DNA of 64,000 nt from the human T2T-CHM13v2.0 reference genome, Homo sapiens. The stretch lies in the NCBI RefSeq assembly GCF_009914755.1, contig NC_060927.1. One strand, given 5' to 3'. Both the position numbers and the translations under genes were made by a program. Positions 33,826 to 44,818 of this stretch are shown here, in pieces. The notes beneath the pieces were generated by a model. The model was not told the origin of the DNA. It searched no databases and worked only from the letters and a program-made list of their open reading frames with translations. The first letter of the stretch is position 1. Every line of letters starts with the position of its first letter.

Positions 33826-34954
33826 ATAGAATCACAAAATGACATGGAATCTTGATATTAATCAACAATTTCTTTATTGATGCATCAAGTTTATTCTTAA
33901 GCACTTCTGGAAAGAAAGATTTATTATTTAGATAATACAACTCTTATATTTGAACGCCGTCTTTGAGGAGGTTCCTCTTAATGTTAATGCTAAATATTTC
34001 TGCTATGGTGTATAATTTTGAAGGAGTAGAATTTCTAATAGAATATATTTCACATATTGGAGTTTAAATAATATTTTTCAAATAAGTAGATAACTATCTG
34101 AGTATTTTTTTCCTCAAAAAAGAGAACTAAAAGAATGAGGGCAGTATAAAGGGAGATGTACCATATAAATACCAATTGGCATACATGGAAGTGAGAGAAA
34201 AGCAAATCAAAGGGCTGGTGTATATATATATGCATAAAATAGCATATAATACATATGATATAATGTATAATATTGCTATTATCTTGCTATTGTTTTGATT
34301 GTTTAGTGATTTATTACTTATTTAGCAAATAAATTGTTTAGCAGTTACATATTATAGGTTATTTATATTTAATATATTTATCCTCTATTTTCTTTCTTAT
34401 TTTTGCTATCTTACATTGTTCCCAAAAGATACTTCATTTTTCCACAGGAAATAAAGGTAGAAAAATTAACATAAGAAACAACGTATTTAAATAGCTTTTT
34501 CAAAGGTAATTTTTTAAAGCTGAGAGAAAAATATTAAAAAGCAAATGGAATATTATGGCACTAAGAAAAAAAACTTTTTAAATGTAGTTGTAGTAAATGT
34601 TTTATTGAATTAGTAGAGAAATAGAAGCATATGTACACATAATAATGATGGTACAATTAGAAATATAAATACTGAATTTAATACTGCCAGGAAGTAACTA
34701 AACAGCTTAGCCCAGAGGCAAGAATAGAAGACTGTACAATGTATGTAAATGGAAAAATCTAAATGATTTAGCTTCTTTTGAAGACCATATATTTGTATTT
34801 TAATGACTCTTAAAGATTATACTACAGTGATTATTGCATCTGTATACCAGAAATGAGGATTTAAAGAATAAAATGAAAAGCCAGTGTATTATGCTATATT
34901 TTCTAAATTTAAATAATTTATTTCGAAGTTAGGTTTTTTCTGCCAGGGTTATTG

Positions 34955-35137
34955 GGTTATTGAGGCATAATTGGAAAATAATGATTGTATATACTTAAGG
35001 TATTACAACATGATGTTTTGGTGTACATCTATATATTACACATATATATGTGTGTATATATATGTGTGTGTGTGTATATATGTGTGTGTGTATATATATG
35101 TGTGTGTATTACCATAATTAACGTAATTAACATCCAT
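34955..35137 (-). mobile_element. L1MA 3' end with internal (TA/TG)n
   Basis: 'tattgaggcataattg…ttgtatatacttaagg…caacatgatgttttg' resembles the L1MA8-10 terminus. Confidence 0.7.
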
Positions 35138-35626
35138 TGCAAGAATTCTTGACACAGGGGATCAAAGCAGACCCAGCTACCACAGTATTTATACCTCTAC
35201 AACTTGCATTCTTAGGTCTAGTTTGGTAAGAAAGAACACTCACTCCAGTCTAGCAAAGCAACTTTATTATTCACAACAATCAACGGAAGTCTGGAATCCA
35301 TGGCAAGCCAATTTCCCAAGGCTTAGAAGAGCTGCCCAAGATGGCTGGAGTCTCATATACACATGCCCCATTTTGTAACATAGTTGAGGTACACTGAAAG
35401 CACTCTACTCTGGGTTTCATATCCCAAGTGATACTTGGATGACTAGGAAAAAGTATTGCAGGCCACCCTGCTCTGGAACCGAGGACAACAGAGGAGGATG
35501 TTCCATAACATTACTCCTTATCTTAGGATACTGCATTTTTGGCACATTCTACAGTTATTCTGACAACTACAAGCAGGATGAGGTAGAGAGCTGGGTCGAG
35601 GCCATTCAGTGGCCTGTCCTCCTGCA
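35138..35626 (-). mobile_element. ERV1 (MER4-group) 3' LTR
   Basis: TG…CA termini; minus-strand 'aataactgtagaatgtgcc…atcctaagataagg' motif; purine-rich PPT-like 'aaagatgagaggtgaa' immediately upstream on the minus strand. Confidence 0.7.
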
Positions 35627-36420
35627 ATTCACCTCTCATCTTTCATATTACACATATAAAAGTCAGTGTATTTTTTCATGCACACTAACTTTCCTCAGTC
35701 TGGAGGCAGAAGTTTGTCCCATCAGATTGATGTACACCTTGATTAATGCAATCTCTTTGCAACATCATTGAGCCATAGGCAGATGTATTTCACTAGGCCC
35801 ATGAATATCACTGCCATAAACAGGATGCTCAGGCCTGCCTGAAACAGTGAATAGCTCAGGATTCCAGTGATTCAGGTAGAAAGTGGCTAAACAGATAAAT
35901 TGCTGAATGAATTAGAAAACAGACAAATAAATGTAATCCAAGTTTATGCTGCCTAGAAGAGTACATCAGGCTTACTAGAGACCTACCAAGCCAAGTATAG
36001 TTCATTTATGTCTTTTATGAGATCTTTGGTATTATACATAGGAGTCAGTGATAAGTGATAAAAAAGCGATAAGAAATCTGTCCCTGTCCATGACAGGTAT
36101 TACTTCCTCCACTGCCACTGCTTTGTCAGCTCAGCAGACATCCCTCAACTCCATCAGGAAGAGTATTTTAAAGAACATAATTGTTCTAGACTTTAATTGC
36201 TAGACAGAATTGCTCCATCCAACTGGGAGGAGTGTGTGTAGTTGTCAGTACCTCCTGCTGGATCAATGTCTCAAGAATTATAGACAAGTCAAAGAGATTT
36301 TCCAGTCTGCAGATCCACTTGCTGCAGACAGTGAGACCATTAGAAGAATCATTTATTGATCTCTTTAGCCACCTTTTACCTGAATCACTGGAATCCTGAG
36401 CTATTCACTGTTTCAGGCAG
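35627..36420. pseudogene. env: Degenerate ERV env TM remnant: minus strand 35627-35900, inverted to plus strand about 35900-36420
   Basis: Plus strand at about 36170-36270 gives IVLDF…GGVCVVVSTSC-WINVS (ISD/CX6CC-like); the minus strand gives a hydrophobic anchor (LFQAGLSILFMAVIFMGLVKYI). Confidence 0.65.
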
Positions 36421-36429
36421 TGAGTTTGA

Positions 36430-39000
36430 CCAATTGGAAAATTTAATCTAATAATTTGAGTAATTATTGATAGATGAAACTTATTTCCATTTTGTTAATT
36501 GTTTCTGGCTGTTTATTATAGTTTTTGTACTTCTTTCCTGCTCTGTTGTTATCTTTCTTTATTATTTGATGACTTTGTGTGCATTGACTCCTTGCCCTTT
36601 ATCTTTTGTGTCAGCAACAGTTTGTTTTCTTTTTGGATACTTTGGGGCTCACCTAAGGCATCATATAGTTTAAACAACCTGTCTAAACCTGCTAGTAATT
36701 TAACTTAAGCCACAAATGAAAGGTCTACACTTTAACTTCCCTTTCCACATTGTTTATTGTTGTCATAATTGACATCTTTTTATAGTGAATCAATTAAGAA
36801 GTTATTGTAGCTACAGCTATTTTTAATATCTTTCTTTTTTAACTTTCATACTAGAATCAAAAGTGACTTGTAGACTACCATTACAGTATTCAAAGATTCT
36901 GAATTTTACTATGCTTTTACCATTAAAGTCAGTTGTATACATTCATACATTTTACTGTTATTAGTGAGCATCTTATTTTAACTTAAGAACTTCTTTTAGC
37001 TTCTGGTAAAGCAGATCTAGTGGAAAAAAAAAACTTCCTGATGTTTTGTTTGAAAGTATTTACCTCCCTGTCATTACTGTAGGAGGGATTTTCTAGGTAT
37101 AGCTTTTGTTTGGCAGATTTTTTTTTCTCTCTCAGATCTTTAAATGTTACCTCCAACTCACTCTACCCCTGCAAGCAGATTTCTGAAGAGAAATCTGCTC
37201 ACAGCCTCCTGGGGTTTCTTTCTATGTTATGGGTCACTTTTTTCTTGTTGCTTTTAAAATTTTCTTTGGAATTTTGAGAATTTGTTTATACTTTATGTTG
37301 GTGAAGTTGTGTTTAATCCATTTGGGATTCTCTGAGATTAATGAACCTTAATGTCTATTTCCCCCTCCAAATTTGGAAAACTTTCTGTCATCATTAATTC
37401 AATAAGTTTTCTGTCATTGTTTTTTCTTTCTCTGCTCATTCTGGTACTCTCATAATGTGTATGTATGTGTGTGTGTGCATATATGTATATATTTATTTTT
37501 TTAATGGGGTCTGGTGAGTCTCACAGACCTTCCTCACTATTTTTCATTCTTCTTTCTTTTTTTTTTGTTCCATTGACTAGGTAATTTTAAATGACTTAAT
37601 TTCAAGTCTTTGATTCTCTTTTCTCCTTTATTGAGTCTGTTATCACAGCTTTCCCTACAATTTTTCACCCAGTTTTATTCTTCAGTTCCAGAGTTTCTCT
37701 TTATTTTTACGGCAGTTTATCTTTGTTGAACTTCTCATTATTTTCATGTTTTGTTTTCCTGAATTTATTTAGAATTTATTTAGTGTATTCTCTTGCAGCT
37801 CACTGCGTTTCTTTAAGATGGTTATTTTGAAATCTTTGTCAGAAAGTTCATAGATCTCCATACGGTTAGTTACTGGTGCTTTATTTCATTTCTTTCATGT
37901 TACCATATTTCCCTGATTATGTATGATTCTGTGTTTCTGTTTTGATGTCTACTCTTTAAAGAGTAAGCTCCATTTTCAGTCTTTTTTTTTTTTTTTTTTT
38001 TTTTTTGAGACGGAGTCTCGCTCTGTCGCCCAGGCCGGACTGCGGACTGCAGTGGCGCAATCTAGGCTCACTGCAAGCTCCGCTTCCCGGGTTCACGCCA
38101 TTCTCCTGCCTCAGCCTCCCGAGTAGCTGGGACTACAGGCGCCCGCCACCGTGCCCGGCTAATTTTTTGTATTTTTAGTAGAGACGGGGTTTCACCTTGT
38201 TAGCCAGGATGGTCTCGATCTCCTGACCTCATGATCCACCTGCCTCGGCCTCCCAAAGTGCTGGGATTACAGGCGTGAGCCACCGCGCCCGGCCTCCATT
38301 TTCAGTCTTTAAAGATTAGCCTTGGCAGGAAAATCCTGCATTCAGCCCATCGAGAGATTTTGAGTGGGCCGACTGTGGAGATCTGTGGGCAGACTTGCTA
38401 GTGGAATCCTTGGGCAGACTGGTCTAGTGCCTATGACAGCACGTGTGAGCAGGTCTTGTGTCTGGGTCCATAGAGGTTTGCCTGTTGCCTGGGTCTGTGG
38501 TGGCAGTCAGAGAGCCTGAGTTCATGGAGATGGGTAGGGAACCTAGGTCTGCAAGGGCCAGACAGATAGTAGAGTCCCATGGGGTGGTCCTGGCTGCTGA
38601 GACTGTGGGAGCAGGCATTGAGACTTGGTCAGGACAGCTCAGTGTGAGGCCTGGGTTTATGGAGTCAGATGTGGCAGTAGGGCATATATTGGGTCTTAGT
38701 CTTCAGGGACTGGGTTGCCACTGGAGCAAATCTTGTGCCTTGACCCACAAAAGTAGGCTTGGACCTGATTCCATGAGAATGCCCTGATACCTGGGTCCAT
38801 AAGTGCAGGCATGGTGCCTGAAGTCATGGGGACTAACCTCGGGCTTAGAAAATAAGGAAGAGGTAATAAAGGTAATATGAAAATGTTCTTCCTACTCTCA
38901 TCAATTTGTATTTTCTTAACTCGTACTTTAGGGATGGTTGCTAAAATTGATTTTTCTGAGGAGTGAGCACTGGAAACTCTTATTCCACCATCTTGCTTAT
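36430..39000 (-). mobile_element. Old L1M 5' region (inter-ORF, ORF1, 5'UTR) containing an AluYb8
   Basis: L1M ORF1-like antisense motifs ('tttctgaagagaaatctgct', 'ccaaatttggaaaactttctgtcatcatt'); GC-richer 5' end at 38.3-38.85 kb. Confidence 0.7.
37985..38294 (-). mobile_element. AluYb8 (human-specific)
   Basis: Diagnostic 7-nt duplication (ggactgcggactgc), 'gctccgcttccc', 'caccttgtt' and 'cctcatgatcc'; long pure T tail; perfect 16-bp TSD tccattttcagtcttt (37969-37984 and 38295-38310). Confidence 0.96.
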
Positions 39001-39822
39001 GTCACTTGCCCGAAAATAATCTTTAAAATGTATTTAATTACATTACATTACAAATATATTACACTACAACAATTAGCTCTTCAGAGTAGTTGAAGACTAT
39101 ATTCCATGGACAGGTACTTCTATTCAAGCACGAAATCTTTTGAGTGTTGCTTTTTAAAAAATCTATAATTCACCATGTCACTGTCTGCAAATTAGTTCAA
39201 CATGTGGCAATATGTGAGAAGCTAATGCTATTTAAATCATGCTGATTAAATAGATGAGCATCTCAGTTCTAAGGAACATTAATTTCATTCCAAAATACAA
39301 GATGATGGAAAAAGAAACAATTTTCTATGTCATTACAACTGCAGCAAAATACAACATGATTGCTCATCACAAACTTGAGCCTGCTTAATGCTCTTTTATC
39401 AAGTGCAGTTTCTAATATCAAACAGCAAATGTTTTATTAAAAGTTCAAATTATATATAGTTTTACATTCTTGATTCTAAATTAATAAACTTTAGGTTGTT
39501 CTAAAGCTATCTTATTGCCATGGAAAATAATTCTGATCATTTTTTATTTTAATAGCAAAATAAGTAGAAACTACTTATTGGAAAATGCAAAATGTTATTT
39601 GCCATTAAGTTTTACTAAGAATAGATTTATTCTATAATAGATAACTCATGGGAATTTTAATATCCTCATAAATACTAACACAAGGGGCATATATTTGTCT
39701 GCTGACAGCTTAGCCTTCAGATAGAAAAAAAAATTATTCTATCATAAGAAGTCAAGAAAATTTTATTCTAGCCTTAAGTCACCATTTTTTTCTTTATGCA
39801 ATAGTAGCAGCAATACTACTGC

Positions 39823-40079
39823 ATAATATATATAATATATTATATATAATATATATATTATATATATTATATATATAATATATATATAATATATATATTA
39901 TATATATTATATATATAATATATATATAATATATATATTATATATATTATATATATAATATATATATAATATATATATTATATATATTATATATATAATA
40001 TATATATAATATATATATTATATATATTATATATATAATATATATATTATATATATAATATATATATTATATATATATT
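39823..40079. repeat. Pure A/T tandem repeat with 40-bp periodicity
   Basis: 257 bp without G or C; unit tatatataatatatatattatatatattatatatataata. Confidence 0.95.
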
Positions 40080-40200
40080 CAGTTTTCCCAGCACCATTTA
40101 CTGAAGAGACTATCTTTTCACCAAGTTATGTTCTTGGCACCTTTTTCAAAAAATGAGTTCAATGTAAGTGTATGGATTTGTTTCTGGGTTCTCTATCCTG
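40080..40200 (-). mobile_element. L1MA ORF2 fragment (piece B)
   Basis: 'cagttttcccagcaccattta' is the antisense of the KWCWEN region. Confidence 0.85.
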
Positions 40201-40692
40201 CACATTTATTTCTGGGTACATAGCCAACAGTATTGAAAACATGATCTCAAAGAGATGAATGCACACTCATATTAACAATAGCACCATTCACAACCATCAA
40301 GAGGTGAAAGCAATTCTAATATCCATTAATGGATGAAGAGACGAGTGTGGTATATACATACTATGGAATATTAATGTCTTAAAAGGAAGAAAATTCTGTC
40401 ACATTCTAAAATACAAAAAATGAGGACATTATGTTTAGTAAAATAAACTAGTCTTGAAAGGACAAATGCTGTACAATTTCACCTATTTGAAGTATCTAAA
40501 GTATCCACAGAATTTAAAAGTACAACTGTGATGACTATGGTCTTAGGGAAGGGGACAAATAAGAGTTGTGGTTTAATGGCTACATGGTTTCAGATTTGCA
40601 AAATGAAAATGTTTTTGAGATCTATTTCACAACCCACGTTCATATACTTAACACTACTGAATTATAGATTAAAAATGATTAAGATGGTAAAA
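40201..40692 (+). mobile_element. L1MB-like 3' end
   Basis: 'tctcaaagagat…gcacactcat…gtatatacatactatggaata…actgaatta…ttaaaaatgattaagatggtaaa'. Confidence 0.75.
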
Positions 40693-40739
40693 TATCTATG
40701 TCTCCATTTATTTATCTATCTCTACATCTGTATCTACAC

Positions 40740-41265
40740 CACCCAAAATATTTCACTTTGGCATAATGATTATTTTGAGCTAAAGACGTTTGAGATTCAA
40801 GGGATGCAGAAAGAAGCCTTGCCCAAGCTCCCTTTATCTGCCTAAAAGAAGAAACTCCTTACAAACAAGGACTGTTGTAAATACCCTCTTTCGGGGAAAG
40901 TTTATGGCTATGAAGAACACAGAAAGTTAACACAGAGATGGGCTTATGCAAACAAAACTTGCTAAGATAGTCCTTATATTCCATTAGTTTTCACCATGTA
41001 TTTACCTTCCCACAGTTTGCTGCCCTTGGAAGCCCCAAAACCTTTACTTTGTGTTGTGACATCTCCACAATGTATTGTACTTTGTTAAAAACAGTATATA
41101 AGTTTTTAGGTCAATTGCTTTTTCGGGTCTTCTTCTCTAAGAAGGCATTTGTGTCATGTAAAAATTGACGTCACAAAAAATTTGCATGCTGTTTCTACTG
41201 TTAATCTTTTATCAATCTAATTTATAGGGCTCCAGCCAATAAACCTAAAGACGGTAATTTAAAAA
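40740..41265 (+). mobile_element. MER34/MER39-like ERV1 LTR
   Basis: 'cccaaaatatttcactttggcataatgattattttgagctaaag' resembles the MER34 5' motif. Confidence 0.7.
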
Positions 41266-41301
41266 GTGCTTAACTATCTTATGATATATAGATCTGAGAA
41301 G

Positions 41302-41498
41302 TTTTGTTGTTGTTTCTTTTTGTGTGGATGGATGGATGGATGGATTTTGAGTCAGAGTCTCTCTCTATTACCCAGGCTAGAATGCAGCGACACCATCTCT
41401 GCTCACAGCAACTTCCACCTCTCAGATTCAAGCAATTCTCGTGCCTCAGCCACCCAAGTAGCTGGGATTACAGGCATTTTGCCACCGCACCTAGCTAA

Positions 41499-41555
<57 letters not shown>

Positions 41556-41628
41556 TAGAGATGGAGTTTTGCCATGTTGGACAGGCTTATCTTGAACTCC
41601 TGGCCTCAAGTGATCTGCCTGTCTCGGA
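41302..41628 (-). mobile_element. AluJ, 5'-truncated, with a central (GT)n at 41500-41548
   Basis: 'cctggcctcaagtgatc'; TSD agatctgag on both sides. Confidence 0.88.
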
Positions 41629-42545
41629 GATCTGAGGTTTTTAAAAATATATATATATTTTAAATTGACTTACTTATAAAATGACATTAATTTACAATTC
41701 ACTTGTAACCAGAAAATAAATTTATTCTGAATTTATTATTCATGAAAGTTGATGGAGTTCCATGTTTGCTCTCTTAGACCCAGGTCATTTTCTCTGGAGC
41801 ACTCTGTAAGCCCATTAGTTATATACTTCTTCTATTATGCCAAGGATCAAATCTCACCTTACAATTAAGGACCGTTTCTTGATGCCCAAGTTATTCATAA
41901 GGAATGCTGTTCTCATTTTCTACCATTATCTCTGCCCCTTCACATTTCCTTTTCCTTTGACAGCATAGCATTTTTACTGGAATAATGAAAAATTTTCCTT
42001 GTTCTGCTGTCATTATGTATTTCTAAGCTGGTTTTGTCATTAGTATTTAATTTTTCTATGTTTTAAAAAGACAAAAATCTTTCCGTACCTCTAAACACTT
42101 TAATCTGTTTGTTTATGAAATGTATGTGTTAAACAACTTACATAAAATATATACGTATATAAATATACATATACATATATATGGCTCCTCCAGATCTGCT
42201 TTAATACAAGTGGCATTTCATGATGAAGCTGAAGGAACAATCAAGCAAAAAAAAAATAAAGATTTATTTTAATGTTTGATTTGAATTTCTTATTTACCAG
42301 GTTCTATTTACCTTTTTCATATCAACTCAAAATAAATAACATATTGTTTTGATATTTCTGTCACTCTTCACCAAAAAAAAAAACTTTTGTAAAAAGCAAA
42401 CACCACTGTAGTCAGTAACTTTATATTATAATAATTGAATTTTGATGAAACTTTGACATTCTGAGAGTTCAAGTTAGGAAAACAGCAGTTGCCCTGATTG
42501 ATGGGCATAATGGTATGTGTACACTCCTTATGTCCTTCAACTGTA

Positions 42546-42720
42546 TATATATATATATGCAGAAAAATGAAACTACCCCCCTATCTCTTACCATACTCAA
42601 AAATCAATCTAAGATCTCAAACTAGGAAATTCCTACAAGAAAATATTGGAGAAAATCTCCAGGACATTGGTCTTGGCAAAAAATTTTTGAGCAGTAACCC
42701 AGAAGCACAGGCAACCAAAG
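42546..42720 (+). mobile_element. Inverted L1MA ORF2 fragment (piece A)
   Basis: Translates ICRKMKLPPYLLPYSKIN…[18 protein letters not shown]…PEAQATKA. Confidence 0.85.
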
Positions 42721-43075
42721 CTCTGTAGTACAACTTGAAGTCAGGTAATATTTCTTCAGTTTTGTTTTTCTTCCTTGGGATAACTTTGGCTATTCTGGGT
42801 CTTTTCTGGTTCCATATAAACTTTAGAATTTTTTTTCTATTTCTGTGAAGAATGTCATTGGTATTTTAATAGGGATTGAATTAAATCTGTAAATTCCTTT
42901 GGGTAGCATTTACATTTACTAATATTCATTCTTTCAATTCATGAACCTGGAATATTTTTCCATTTTCTTGTGTCCTCTTCAGTTCCTTTTATCAGTGTTT
43001 TATAGTTTTCATTATAAGACTCCTTCACTTCTTTGGTTAATTTAATTATATTTGAAGCTATTGTAAATTGGATTA

Positions 43076-43368
43076 ATTTTTTTTGAGACATTGTCTCACT
43101 CTATCACCTAGGCTGGGGTGCAGTGTCATGAACATGGCTCACTGCAGCCTTGACCCCATGTATTTAAGTGATCCTCCCACCTCTCAACCTCCCCAGCAAC
43201 TGGGACTATAGCCATTCACCACAAAGCCTGAGAAATTTTTGTGTTTTTGTATTTTTTGTGTGTGTAGATTGAGTTTTGCCGTGTTTCCCAGGCTGGTCTC
43301 AAACTCCTGGTTTCAAGCAGTCTACCTGCCTTGGCCTTCCAAAGTGCTGGGATTATAGGCATGAGCCA
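43076..43368 (-). mobile_element. AluJ
   Basis: 'cactgcagccttgacc…gatcctcccacctc' is AluJ-like; nested in the L1. Confidence 0.88.
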
Positions 43369-44470
43369 GATTACTTTTTTTTTTTTAATTTTTCTACATG
43401 GCTAATGACTTCTAGTACTATGGTGAATAACAGTGGTGAAAGTGGGCATGCTTGTGTTTCAGATCTTACATTAAAGGCTTTCCATTTCTCCCCATTCAAT
43501 ATTGTACTAGATGTGGGCCTGTCATATATAGATTTTGTTATATTGAGGTATGTTCTTTCGAACCCCAGTTTTTTGAGGGTATTTTATCATTAAGGGATGT
43601 TGAATGTTATCAAGTGCTTTTTCAGGAACACTTGAAATGATCATACAGTTTTTATCCACCATTCTGTTGATATGTATCATGTTGACTGATTTGCATATAT
43701 TGAACCATTCTTACATTCCAGAGATAAATCCCACTTGGTCATGGTGTATGATCTTTATAATGTATTGTTGAATTTGATTTGCTAGTTTTTTGTTGAGTAT
43801 TTCTGCATCAATATTCATCGGAGATATTGGCTTGTAGTTTTCTTTTTTTGATGTGTCTTTGGTTCTGGTGTCAGGGTAATGACCTTGTACCATGAGTTTG
43901 GAAACAATCCTTCCAGCTGTATTTTTTAGAATAATTTGAGTAGGATTGGTATTAGTTCTTCTTTAATTGTTTGATCGAGCTCAGCAGTGAAGCCATCCCA
44001 CTTGGTCATGGTGAATGATCTTTATAATGTATTGTTGAATTTGATTTGCTAGTTTTTTCTTGACTATTTTTGCATCAATATTCATCAGAGATATTGGCTT
44101 GTAGTTTTCCTTTTGTGATGTGTCTTTGTCTGGTTTTGGTATCAGGGTAATGACCTTGTACCATGAGTTTGGAAACCACCCATCTGGGTTATAATGTATT
44201 GTTGAATTTGATTTCTCGTCCTGGGCTTTTCTTTACTGGCAGATGTTTTATTTTGGCTTCAATCTCATTACCTGTAATTTATTTGTTCAAGTCTTGGATT
44301 TCATCCTGGTTAAACTTTGGTAAATTGTATGCGTCTGGGAATTCGCCTATTTTTTCTAGATTTTCCAATTTCTTAGTATATAGTTATTCATAGTAGACAA
44401 TAATGATCCTTTGAATTTCTTGAGTGTTAGTTGTAATGTCTCTTTTTCATTTCTGATTTTATTTACTTAG

Positions 44471-44818
<348 letters not shown>

